64,000 nucleotides of DNA from Calcarisporiella thermophila CBS 279.70 (lineage: Eukaryota; Fungi; Calcarisporiellomycota): contig NW_027192191.1 of the NCBI RefSeq assembly GCF_041956535.1, forward strand, positions 1,003,443-1,067,442, read 5' to 3'. Positions 1 to 12,912 of the stretch are shown here, piece after piece; the stretch's first letter is position 1, and every line of letters begins with the position of its first letter. The position numbers were made by a program, and so were the translations under genes. Below the pieces are notes generated by a model that searched no databases, was not told the origin of the DNA, and saw nothing but the letters and a program-made list of their open reading frames with translations.

Positions 1-2
1 AG

Positions 3-170
3 CAACAGCAGCAACAGAAACAGCCGCCGCAAATGGAAGTTCGCGGAGTGATCGATAAAGATCGTTCTCCACATCCTGTACATATGTCAAAGCCCAGTGG
101 AAATGTAATGGAATGGGTGGAAGGTGATGCTGCCACGCAAACTGAGGGAGCCTTCTGGCGTGTGGGATGA
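3..170 (+). CDS. 3' end of a gene entering from the left (…QQQQKQPPQMEVRG…DAATQTEGAFWRVG*), product unknown
   Basis: Frame 3 is open from the window edge to TGA at 168-170 and is followed by AT-rich 3'UTR-like sequence. It has a poly-Q stretch and a TQT motif. Confidence 0.5.
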   Translation, partial: QQQQQKQPPQMEVRGVIDKDRSPHPVHMSKPSGNVMEWVEGDAATQTEGAFWRVG

Positions 171-816
171 AATGAGTATAAGCTCACTTTATGGATTAGC
201 TCTACTTCATTTCATTTTACTCGGGTGTAACGATTTAATTGGAATTCAATATTTCTGACAATAAAAGGTGCTTCCATCTTTTCCTCATTCAATTTTACTT
301 TTAAATTATGATTATGACCAACTTATTAACAGCTCAGAAGAAAAAAAACGAGCGCTCGCTAAAGGTGGTTGAAGTGGTTGAGCGCACTTCTTCAAAGCCC
401 TACTATGTTTCCTCCAGAGGAGATAAACTGCAGCAGAGCATTTTCTAGAAGATCCCTTCCATCAGCGCTGTGTAAGTTGGATAAGGAATTTTCGTTCAGT
501 GCCCGCTTTGGCCTGTTCTGTTAGTGGGCTGGATGTGAAATTATGGTATTGAAATCACAAAATTATTAAATACACCTCATATTATATTTGGCAGGGAGGG
601 TGAATGACTGCTAAGGGCTGAACACAGGGAGGATTGTGGGGGTTGATTGAGCTGGCAGGTAGTGAGAAACGATTAAATTTTCTATAATATGAGCCAGCAG
701 GAATATATCAATTGTTTTCATATCGGCTTTAATGTTTAATTGTGACTACACAATAAACAATATTTGATTTTCCCCTTTTATAGTTTGCCAGCGCTCTTGC
801 ATTGAATTAAGAAAAC

Positions 817-2282
817 ATGATCAATATCCCTTTTTTCACAGCCAAAGAGGCTGATCCACTGCAATCGAGTTTACCAAGGATTTCCTCATCTCATCTAAAA
901 CCCTCTCCCACAACAGATACATATGCCCCTCAAATCGAAAATTCTGATGCGACAGTCAGCTCTCAAGAGGGGCATTCGACTAAAGACAAAGAGACTATAG
1001 ACACAACTTCAGAGAAGATCTGTCACATGTGTCGATTGCAGCCTCCAAAATACAAATGCCCCGGTTGTTTGATACGCACATGCTCGCTATCATGTTCAAA
1101 GCGACATAAAGAGGTTATTGGATGCAATGGTCAGAGAGATAAGACACACTTTGTGAGCATGAATGATTACAATTATTCTCATATGATGAACGGTAAGCAT
1201 TGTCAATTTTGAAGAGTTGACTTGGAAGACTGGAACCTTAAGTGAGACTTAATTCAACTTAATGCTATTGTCCCTATTTTTATAGATTATGTTTTTCTTG
1301 AGGATGTTTCTCGGACAGTAGACACTGCAACCCGTGATAATCTTCAAAACTCTCGTGCACCAAGACGTGGCCGCCAAACTCCGAAATATAATGCTAAAAC
1401 TCAACAGCTTCTGCGTGAGGCACGAAAACGAGGTGTAAAGTTGACATTAGTGGCTCCCGGAATGAAGCGCCGAACAGTAAATTGCACAGGGTACAGTCAA
1501 AAGTGAGTATATATTTTATTGGGCGAGGTTAGTTTTAGTTTGGTGATTGGATGTGCTAATTGTTGATATTTCGGTTTTAGGCAGAAGAAGATATTTTGGA
1601 CTGTGGAGTGGGTGTTTCCAGAATGCAACAATGCGTCTGTTGTTGATACAGGGTAATTTATTTTTATTCACCAGTGTTGACAGCATTATATTTAACCTAT
1701 GGCTATAATAGAATACCCGACTCTTACACCATTCTTCCTAGTCTGACCCGCCTCTTTAATCAAGATCGCCCTGAGATATCCAACCTTAAGCAACAATTTG
1801 ATCATTTCTCCCATAATCAAGAATTTGTATTATTACTCAAAAAACCTTTCACTCCGGTAAGAGCCCCACAATCTTAATGTTTGCTTTGCGCTTACCTATT
1901 TTGATCATTATAGGCTAATAAACCAGCATATTACTCCCTATCCGATCCTCGCAATACAACTTGGGCAAGGTGGTTACGAGGAAAACAGGTGCTTGAATTC
2001 CCAACGGTGTTAGTATATACAAAAACACCCAGTGATCTGGAGATTATCAATGAGCCTGAAGAGAAATCAGTGCGTGAAGGCGAAACAGAGAGAGAGCAAT
2101 ATGGAGCAGAAGAACCAAAGGAAACGGGTAATGAAGAAGGGGAAATGGTGAACAGAGATAATGTTATGGAAGAAGTTGAGTTGGAGATGAAAGCAGGTGA
2201 CGATAAAGAGCAAGATGCGGTGATAGTTGATTTGGATAAAGTTTTAGCTGCATTAAATAATGATATTGGGTCTGCAATTTAG
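817..2282 (+). CDS. BCD1: Box C/D snoRNP assembly factor Bcd1/ZNHIT6 (zf-HIT). Exons ~817-1192, 1286-1502, 1581-1652, 1712-1856, 1914-2282
   Basis: zf-HIT CHMC…KYKCPGC…TCSLSCSKRHK…CNGQRDKT, then DYVFLED, IFWTVEWVF and LEFPTV motifs. GT-AG introns keep the frame. Confidence 0.9.
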
Positions 2283-2528
2283 ACTTTTGTATATAAATAT
2301 CACTCGATTGAATAGAAACAAGCTCTCTTTTTGTTCGAAAATAAAACAGAATTCCAATAAAAGAAAATAGAAATAATAGATGGAAGAAAAAAATATTAAA
2401 AAAAAAGAAAAACAAATTCCACACCAGCCGGCACCTCGAAATATAAAACTATCCAAAAAAAAATTTACATTCATTTTATTTGTAAGCTCGCTTAATCCTC
2501 ATCACTTGTTATTTCTCATCTGAATCCT

Positions 2529-4428
2529 TTATTCATCGTCCTGCGCTTTCTTCGCAGCACGCTTCTGAACTCCACTAGACTCGGATTTTTCCTTTTTCTC
2601 TTTAACGGTCTCCTCCTTATCGGCATCCTTGTCATCAGGAGTGGGTTCGTCTGTCTTCTTGTGAGGTGCAGCAGGCTTAGATTTCGGAGCAACTAAGCCA
2701 ACGATCGAAGCCAATACACCAAGGAAGATGGCGGCAAATAATCCAACAACTCCGGCAACGACAGGCATGTCCTGCACTGCCTTAGTGGGGTCACGTCGAG
2801 CCGCTTCTACAAATCGCGTTACGTGGTGGCGGGCAAATCCAATTGGATCCTGTTTATAATCAGGAGCCTCTTGATCCTCAGCGGATTTCACGCCGAACTC
2901 CTTGTCTTCTGCCTCTTTTTCGATGGCATGTTTCGGTTTCCAGACTTCCTCAGCAAGACGCTTCGCATCCTCAACGGAGTGGCCAAGGTAGATGTTATCG
3001 AACAAAATTTGGTTCTGCATGGTCCACAGCTCGAATCCTACGGCGGCGATACGTTCGAAGTTTGCAGGGTGTTTATCCTCAAAGTAGTCAGGATTCGAAA
3101 TCTTGCGTGGCTTCCATTCGCCCTTGTAAGCGGGATTGTCAATCATGGGAGGGGTCCATTTCGGCTTGTAATCGGGGTTGGCTTTCATTGGTCTCTTCCA
3201 TGGGCCACAGCCAGCTGCCTCCTGGCACTTGGGATTTGGAATCTCGGGCGCAATAAAATCACCATCTTCTTCATCATCCCAATCGTCAGGCTTCTTTGCA
3301 TCTGGGTCAGGGATCATCTCTGGCTCATCTTCAAGCCAGTCGTCAGGCTTGGTTGCGTCTTCATCTGGTATTTGCATAGGCAAATCTTCAATCCAATCAT
3401 CAGGCTTCTTAGCATCTGGGTCAGGAATGCGGGCTTCGTCAACCCAGTCTGCAGGCTTTTTATCCTCTGGATCGTCAATCTCTTTCGGGGGATTAACAGG
3501 TGGATTGAAGTCCTCAAGTAAACTGCCCTTTTTGACCGACTCGTTATCGATCAAAATCTCAAAGGTGTTATCAGGGCTTGATAAAAAAAAGGCATTAAAG
3601 CAATTTGAATAAACACGAATATTAAAAAAAAATTTTTACCGAACAATAAGCGTGTATAGAGTGCTAAGCTTTGAGATGCGGGCAGAGGGGGCTCCTGTCA
3701 AGTGCTTCTCCTCGTACTTTCCATCAGGCTTCTTATGACGGAAAATGAAGTGGACTTTATCGGTTGCACCGCACTTGTCTGGACCGAACATAATTGTGTA
3801 CGGAGTTTTATCGTTGAACTCTTTGAAGTGGATTCCTTCTGGAGATTCAGTAAGCAGCTTGATGTAGGCACCCCCACAATTGAGACCATTCTGGAATTTT
3901 GCTTCATATCTGGAGAAATTTTAAGCAAACTTATTTGTAAATAAAATAATGTAAAATTATACTTACTGAAGCACGAGAGTCTTTCCGTTGTTATCCAACG
4001 GAACTTCTAGAGGAGCTGAGATGGCGTGATGGGCGGCGGCACTCTTTACAACGAGACCAAGATCGTTTTTCAGGCCAGGGAAGACGGATGGTTCCTCAAC
4101 CTTCCATTCTCCAACATATTGCCACGTTTCACCTCCTTCTTTTGTCACCTTGGTTGCTTCACTTGCATGCCACCGATCAGACAGAGAATTGGCGGAAAAT
4201 TGTTCAAAGAAAGGGGCCTTGATAGAGATAGGCTAAATGGAAAGTAGGGTAGAGAAAATAGAATAGGATGTTTTTTTATTGTCATAATTGAGAAAACTGA
4301 CGCGTCGTATAATATTTAATTACCTTGAACTCCGGCCTTTCTTCTTTGGTGGTGTTGGATTCTTCAGCAGCGACAGCAGTGGCAAGAAGAAGTAGAAGAG
4401 CAATACGGATAGAGCTTACCCGTGCCAT
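2529..4428 (-). CDS. CNE1: Calnexin (ER lectin chaperone), multi-exon
   Basis: Signal peptide [40 protein letters not shown]-domain repeats [12 protein letters not shown], a C-terminal TM helix and a charged tail. Confidence 0.95.
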
Positions 4429-5992
4429 TATCGTCGTATTTGTTATTGAAGTGGAGGTAAGTAGGTAAAAAAAGAAAAGTATTCGAACACTTAGGAATAA
4501 AATATCCTATGTCTCCCAATGATCTATCGCCAGCAAAGTAAATTAATATCAGAATTAGTTTCAGATCTACATGTGTCACAATTCTGTGTATACTTTTATC
4601 CATATATGCTATTTTTGTCTTTATGTAAAATTATCCTCCATTATGTTATACTTGTTTCCAATAGTATCACATAATATTAAAGTTGTTTAACGTGTTATAA
4701 AGGGATGGGCACAGATTTTTCCTAACGTGCTCTCTCTCAAAAGTCATCATCATAATACAACTTCGATACAACTAACAAAATTTGCAGAATAAATTATGTC
4801 CTCGTACTTCGCTCTATAATCAGTTCAAAATTCCCCGACCCTCTTAAGAACCTGTGGAATAATTTTGTCTTGCTTAGACTATTGCGAGGATGTACACGAA
4901 AAGAGGAATCAAACTCAACTAAATCATTTTTTGTGGAGAGTACAAAAAGAATATTAAAAATAAAAGAAATAGGTAGAAGAGGAAATGATAAGGTAATTAA
5001 GAAATTGTGGTGGATGGTCAAGATAGTGATATTATTTCACGAATAAAAGGATCTAAATTCACGGTTTATAAGCCAACCGTGCTCACCACACTCTAGATAT
5101 TAACTAATCGCGATATTATTTCGTGATATAGCATTTCGCTTGAGTCAGCTAATACTGAACTTCATCATAGACTCCCACTTAAGTATCATGCTGCAATTAC
5201 AGTGTTCTAATGAAGTTAATGCATTTATTTTCTAAGTTAAAACGCCAAACTAAAAAAAGTGTATTGATGCTCTCTTATGAGAATGGCTGCAATAGTTACG
5301 AAGGAATCTAAATAAAATTTTAGAGCGCAGGATTCCCGTGAATAATTTTTCAAACTTACAAGAGGATAGAATAGGTTCCAGATGAATCAAACTTAAAAAA
5401 ACTTTTCGGACTCAAGAGAGTTAGACAATACATACATTGGATATCTGTACCTAAAATATTGTTAGAATAACCTGACAAAGATGAAAAAGTTAGTGGATAG
5501 ATAGTGTTCTATCACTAAATCTTCATTTACTTTTGCATTAAAAATTTGGATATTTTTGTCCATAAGAAACATGGGAGAATTCAATGGGAATTCATAGTGG
5601 GTGCTTAAAATAATATATATCTGAAAGTTTTCGGAAGCTGTGATATGAGTAGAAAAATCAAACACGCGTGTATAAATTTACAAAAAGAATTTACATGGAT
5701 TTCAGATAGCCGATATTAGAACAGGGGGTTAAGAAAGGAATGCAATATTAACATGTGTCGAAAGAAAACACTTGTTGATTCAATTAGAGTGCTTAACTAT
5801 TTTCACTGGAACTGTGAAATAGTAGACACTAATGCCGGTCAATTTCCCGACCGTCCAAGACGCCCCAAACATTATGTCAGAGGTTCAATTTTTTCAAATA
5901 ATATTCTGTCTGTTATGCAAACTGTGTACACTATTGTGGGGAAATATATTATGGTAGGTGATAGCGAAGCAGCAGTAAGCATTTCTCGTACC

Positions 5993-8900
5993 TTACAAAT
6001 TCCAAATTCTGAAAGCTGATCTAAATTCAGGAGGCTCATTTTCACCACGCCAAATAACAGTAGTATTAGGCCGGAAAGGGCGTCTTCCAAGCACGCCCAC
6101 CATATCGGCATACGGAGTACAAACCCCTATTGCACGCGAGATTATGTCCTGACTTGCTGATCTACCGACCCAGACAAATAGTTCAAAATAGGTATCAAGC
6201 AGAAACACATTGGTTTGATCTAGATCGCTTTGTGTATAGGGTGTGATTTCTTCGATCTATTAAGAAAAATTTGACAATGAGATCAAGACAGGGAAACACA
6301 AGACAAAAAGATTACATTACCGCATCTTGTTTGGGATCACTCTGCCTTACGAATTGGTATAAACGCGTACGATAGCATTCCCCAAGTCCCGCCTTGTGCG
6401 TCCAATAGCTTTTGCAAGCGTACGATCGAGTAAGGATTTGAGGCCAAAACCCTAGAGGTTCTTTACCTTCTGCAACTTCAAGAATTTGACCTCCGTGCTG
6501 TCAAATAAATACATGTCTAGCAGGAAAAAATGTAGCGCTAGTTTTTTCTGTTGCTTACCCAATTGGTCAAAGAAATCCCGTCCTGAGACAGGCATGCAAC
6601 CATGCTGAGTCGTTTAGCAACTCGAACAGCAACTCGCTTTTCGGATGAGCTGCTTCCGACCCCATGCCATACATATAATTTTCCTCCCCGGCTGATAACG
6701 TAACTAAATCCTGAGCAGAGGTAGTTTACGTTCTAATATTCCCCACCAAAAAAAAATAATGCGTTAGAATTAAACGATTTGAGGAGAGCGGAAGGCATAG
6801 TTACAGTAGGTATTTGGTCTACAAATATTCCATTTCCAATATATCTTCGAACCGAGTAAAGACAATCGGCCAGCGGATCGAATTGACTTCTCAATCCCTG
6901 TGAATTTCATTCAGACGTTGATATTTCATATTAGAGAATCTCAAATTTCGGACGGGTACGAAAATAGTTACCTTGCGAGTCACGATTACCCCACCAAATA
7001 TCTTCAAGAAAAATATGTCTTCCTTTCCCTGCCGTACAACAATTTTCTTCGTTTGGCCCATTTCGTAGGTAAGCAAAGACGCAATATCGCGTTTGCTTTG
7101 ATGCTACAACATAGCAATAGGGACGTTGACGATGCAATATTCTCTGAGATAATCATAGTAATATCTTACATCATTACAATCTAGTCCTATCCAGTTTATA
7201 ACAAGATTATGAGCACTTCGAGTAGTGCGATAGCTACATCGAATTATGTACATCTCTCCTGAATATAGGACCTGATATGCGCTTTGGTGGTTTCCTGCCT
7301 GTGAAACTGGTACCAAATTGCCATCCCCGTCAATAGACCACATCTTCATGAAAACTTTAAATTAAATTTGTAAAAAATAAGCAAATCCAATACTTATAGT
7401 ACCTGAAAGCCGAGTATCTCAAGCTTCGAAACCTCGTTTGGAGGATTTCCATCTTTTTCTTCGTTTATCTTATTTGCCCCCAGATCCAATTTGACTGATT
7501 TACTTTTCTCTTCAGGCAACGTGCGTTCATAAGGGGTGGCATGATCCCTGCTTTCTCCCTTTTTTGACTCTGCTTGATTAGGCTCAGGCCAACATGTATA
7601 ATTACCGGGAATTAAATCAGCGGAAGGTTGATTCTGCTCTGATTTACTGATGCTTTGGCGTCCGGAACGGCGAACATGGTTCATTCGACGGGGTACATGG
7701 GGTCTTTCTATTGGTGGCTAGGAAGCAGTAAAAAAAAATGTCAATGTTAGTTACAATTACTTTTAAAATCATAAGCATACATGAATAGGAGCATTTGGAA
7801 AAATTCCTTGGGATGTTTCCACTTCTAGAGTTGAATTCTCACACGCTCCTCTCTCTAGTTTGTAGTTGTTACCCACGCTAAAATCGCCATTCCCATTGCC
7901 ATTAACTAAAGGAGATTGCTGGGTGATATCTGAAATCCATCTGGTGCGAGCAGGACTCATTTGAGATATTGCATGCTGCTGTTTTTGGGTGGTAGGATAG
8001 CTTTGGAGGGACCTTCTATTTTGACTCGGGCTGCAACATGCTCCTGCTTGCTGAACAGCACTCGACTCGATCGAAAAACACAGGCTGCTGCTTCGAGGGC
8101 TAATAAATGGCGGCGTATTTGATGCTTGACTCGCAGCAATATTTTCAGCTGGATTCGTTGAAGAATGGGGTAAAAGTGGCATCGAGTTGGTTGCTTTTGA
8201 CTTGAGTTCGCTGTTTGGTGACAGGCCAGTAATATTTTGATTAGGAGTCGGAGGTAGTGGCCTAATCTTGAAATCTTCAGAACCATAATTTGAGCTTGGA
8301 GTGGAAGGGTGAGAGTGTCGTGTTAATCTGGCTGCAGCTCTAGGAATTGGTGCAGAGGACCGTGTAACTAATGGACTTCCTGCATCGCGAGGTTTGGCGT
8401 CCGTGAGTGCAGATACAGGATTTGCATTGACCAAAGAAGCATGATCAATACCTTCGGCTGAGGTTGGTACAGCTGCTTCGCGGAAACGATTAAGCAATAC
8501 ACCGCGATTTTCCAAGACAAGGGTCCGCTCTGGAGGAATCGATACGTCCTCTGTACTCGAAGCTGATTCTTTCTTTATGGTTTGCTCGGCTATATAGGAG
8601 TCGAAGGACAGTGCTTTTGGCGTGGGTTGATTTGAAGTAAATGGAATTGTTTGGGAGCCATTGAAAGAAGCAGGAGAGTTGCTCGCTGAATTGGTTGAGG
8701 TTGAGGTATCAGGGGCTACGAGTGATTGTTCAGAGAGCACGGAGTGAACTTCATCTACATTTGATTTAGTAGACCCTGCCAAAATTTCCGTAGGCAATGA
8801 GGGGGAGCATATTTTTCCATCCAAAGATGCACATTTTCCTTGCTCTCTGGTTGTCCGCTGAATCTCGAAGTTTCTTAGGCTCTCCTTTGTTAATCTACCC

Positions 8901-9775
8901 TTATTATCACCGGCCAAGATGGCTAGGTCTGTTTCGGTGGCGAATCTTCGTAATCTCGCTGTTCGAAAAATCCTTCTTTGTGCAATTCGTTTCACTATCA
9001 TCTCGTCATCTGAGGTTGCCGATTCGCTCTCAGTACAGTTTTTACTCGAGTTATTCGTCCGTGATTCTTTATAATTGCGACTGTCGAAGGGCAACGTACT
9101 ATGTTCTAAGAAGCTTTCATTTTGTTGCATTGACTTTGATAGAGTCTGATTCAATGGTTCTTCGGTTGGTAGCTGTTTCAAGGGCATCCGTGGTGTTTCC
9201 TCTGGTGCTTCTGGCGATATTCTCTTTACTTCTATACTCTCATCTGAGACCCTGCTAACAGTGCTCTCAGTAATATCAGAGCTTGTGCTCTCGTCTCCGC
9301 TATCTTGGTTTGTGGAGTCCGTTTCACTCAGTGACGCAGGGTGACATTCTTCTTCTGACATTATTGAAGTCGCTGTCATGTAACTACTTGCACTTGCTGG
9401 ACTATGTGGGACTTCAAATGGCAAAAAATTAATTTTTCGCTCTAAGTTTGGGCTCTGTTGGGGAGATGATCTCATTTTTGCCTCTAGTCGCTCAAGCCTT
9501 CGTTTCTCCGCCGCCTCCTCCATAGCTGCGATAGCCTCTTTCAGGCCCTTTGCACGTTCTTCGCGGCGACGCTGTCGATTGAGCCTCATATGTATTGTGC
9601 AATAAGAGGGTTTACACGGCGGAGAGCCTGCTTGGGCAGATTGTAGGAAAGGGTCGGATAAGTCAGCGCACTGGACTCCTTTCTCCCTGGTTGCTCCGGA
9701 ATTATTCGAAGCAGTTATATTGTTATCTTGAGTTGGAGATGCAGCCTCTGGACTAACTGAGCGTTCCGATACCAT
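5993..9775 (-). CDS. Gelsolin/villin-repeat actin-binding protein with a long (~750 aa) Ser/Pro-rich disordered N-terminus. The 3' end is uncertain
   Basis: Spliced C-terminal exons give gelsolin motifs (LYSGEMYII…WIG, VVRQGKE, LCSGFSYVI…YVWHGVGS, QSDLDQTNVFLLDTYFELFVWVG…EPPEFRSAF). They join the 7769-9775 and 7394-7684 low-complexity ORFs. Confidence 0.75.
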
Positions 9776-10217
9776 ATAGTGTTACAATGGCAAAAAAAAC
9801 ATTATAAAGATGAATGTTGTACTGATGAGTCGGAAACAATCTTCCAGACAATGGTTGAAATGAAGAGAATGGAGGTGAAAACCTGACTATACTACTTCAC
9901 AAAAATTGATAAAAAGTAATACAAAGGGAAAGTACTGGAAAAAAAAAAAAGAAAAGAAACCTTTTTTTCGGATGTTTCGTTTGTTTCAAATAGTCCAGTC
10001 CCTTTTTTTGCTGCAACTAATTTAAAAAATGACATAGCTGTCATTTTGGTATCGTGTTTTTATTTCCTTTTTTCTTTATGCGCTAGTAGGGCTCGGAGAG
10101 TTGCATTCTTAGTCTTCATTGAAATCTCCGCGGACGAAAATTTAAAAATAAAATATATAAAAGGTGGCAAAGCAGTCACATATACCGATTTGGTATATTC
10201 TATAACATTTTCTTTTA

Positions 10218-11585
10218 TTAAAAGCTTTCAGTGGGAGAGAGGATTTTTTTTTGTCTCTACTTTCTCCTAGTAAGGTAACGGGTCCACCAGTCTTCGAATT
10301 TCATATGCGACGTGCTGATGCCCAACTCCTTTAGTTTCCGGGTTGAAAGATGAGCATCATGAGGGCGAGAGACAACTATAATAGCGAGAATTAATGAGAA
10401 ATTACATTGAAGGAAATTTCAAATGAAATACAGACCTGAAGGATTATTCAGGTCGGGAATAGACGGACGAAGGTTCGCAGAAATGCCCAGGATTTTAGCA
10501 AAAATTTCTGTATATGGTTGCGTTATATGAGTCGGTTACATTGATGCCAGCATTCAAATGCGTCAAATTACTTACGACACATTTCAAATTTTGTGAACTT
10601 CTCCTCTGCGGTGAAATGTAGAATACCCTGGATCGATTTACCCTCCTCAATAGACTTAGTTGCAATATCTTTGATAACTCGTGCGATATCCTCAACTATG
10701 ACAAAACACAAATAAAATTACTGAGAAGTTTGGTCTCAAATGTACTTGTTCAAAATACCGTGGGTAGGATAGCGGACTGCATAGTTGTCCATTTCAATAG
10801 GAGAAGAAGGAGTCGATTGCTGTATCAATAGTCTGGTTAACTGACATCATCCTCGATGTATGTTTTCATTGAGAGGGAAATACCTTGACAACTTCTACTA
10901 GGGTGTTCACCGCAGATTCATCAGGATATTCCGCATTTCCATATAAAATTGGGACTCTGAGAATGACCGCCGTGGGCAAATTCTGTTGAACAGAGAGCTC
11001 TCCAGCGCGCTTTGTTTGTCCTATCCCAAGAAAACGTAGTTATTATTGGAAATGTACTCGTTGAATAATATTGACTAGTACCATAGTAGTTTAGAGGATT
11101 GGGGACATCATCAACATCATACGGAGGATTCTTTCCATCAAATACATAATCGGTAGAAATGTAGATGAGCATAGCATTGTATTTGATGCAAAGATTAGCA
11201 ATACGCCCGGGGACTTGCACGTTAAGCTAAAATTATTTGTCAGTTCAAAGTTGATTTGGAAGCGGAAGAAATTTCGGACTCTACCTCTTCTGTTCGCTCA
11301 CGGTTTTTCTCGGCAATATCTGGGCGTCGCTCCGCCGCACAGTGCACGATCACGTGAGGTTTTACTTCTTCGAACAACGATTCAAGGGCACTGTTGTCCA
11401 AGAGGTTAACCTAAGGAGAGGGTGAATCAAATGACGTGTTGAAACGCATATAATTGTCGGTAACATACCTTACGTAGACCATCGGTAGCGCGTGAGTTAG
11501 CACAGCCGATTACTTCATGACCATAAAATGCCTTGTACACGGCTCGTCCCAAAAGACCCGAGGCTCCAGTGATAATAACACGCAT
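10218..11585 (-). CDS. RmlD-like NAD(P)-binding reductase / methionine adenosyltransferase II beta-subunit homolog, multi-exon
   Basis: [15 protein letters not shown] Rossmann motif, [28 protein letters not shown] (YxxxK), [25 protein letters not shown]. Confidence 0.9.
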
Positions 11586-12912
11586 GTTGTGAACCAAGGA
11601 AATGTATATAATTGATAATATTAACCCAATCTTATAAGCAGATTAGGTTAGGTTTTCAATGATAGCGGAGAAAATTTGACCCGCATAACTAATTTTTGGG
11701 GGGAGAAATTATAGTGTACAAGAGATAACAGGGTACGGTACATGTTGTATGCAACTACATTTGGCCCTAGATAGCTCCATCGATTCATAATTACTCGAAA
11801 AGAACCCTGGCTCCACTCTATTTTGCAAGGTTACATAGAATTCCAAAAAAGTTTAGAGTGGAAATGTTCGAAAATTATTGAGGCCCTCTAGAACTATTCC
11901 TTAACCCGAGCAAATATCTTATAAGTTAGAGTAAAACCCATTAAGAATAAGGCCATCTAACTAAAACTTTCCTTATAGTCCCAAATGTATTACATTTGCA
12001 TGCACACAACCTCGGTGATGTGCTGTATGCGAAAGTTTGTTTAACCAGGATCTTCATATGCTTCATAAAAAGCCCCTTCATTTGGGCTTCGCCCAATTTA
12101 CGCCCTGTCTACACGTCATTTATGGTACAGCTCACATTAATCTTACAAGAACATCTGCGATGGTGCCCAATGGCTACATATTGTCATTCTCACTTTCATC
12201 CCTATATCTTAGGCAATGCTGCCAACGATATCCGATTATTGTCGTTGCAAAATTAAAAATTGACAAAGGTATATAAGGCATAATTTTCTTGCGCCGTGTT
12301 GGGAGCTTGAAATAGGTGCCTTTGGATAGGTGCCCATAAATTACTCCTGAATTCCAGACCTGAAGAGACATTGGATTTTTTTATTTAAATTGCTTGAGTA
12401 TTTAGCTTTTCAAAATTTAGTATTCTCTATGCTGCATAAAGAAATGCCCCGCTCATCTGATTAAGGGTTTTCCCAGTTGTTGGGTTTGCACCAGGGAAGG
12501 AGTTTACGTTACGCCCATTTAATAAAGATTGTTTTTTTTTTCGCACGGCTGAGCCCCACGAGTTCAGTAAACCTGAATAGTATACCAAAAATTATGCTTA
12601 TCCCATTCATAAGTGTTTTATAGTCGAGATACCACGTTAAAAGTGCTGTACTTGACAAGGCTGCTCCTGTTCATCCGTATTCGAAGACAAGAGGACATTG
12701 TTAATATCAAGGTTTCCTTTTTAAGTTGGATGTGCTAGTCTTAAATTTTACCCCATTCAAATGGGCGTTTGTGAAATTATTCTTTACATAGTAACTAATT
12801 TTATTACGCTCGCGTGTCCTATTTAGCCCACGCCCAAATGTGTTATTTATGATAAAAGAGATAGAAGTGCACACGCACAAACATTATTTAACCGTGCCTT
12901 CGTCTGAAACTG

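Noticed and set aside
345-540. Possible Pol III or structured ncRNA on the minus strand ending in a T run
   Set aside because: I could not match conserved RNase P/MRP, SRP, snRNA or tRNA motifs. An Rfam/Infernal scan is needed.
5080-5170. Possible box C/D snoRNA (ATGATGA…CTGA, minus strand)
   Set aside because: No terminal D box at a suitable distance and no rRNA complementarity recognised.
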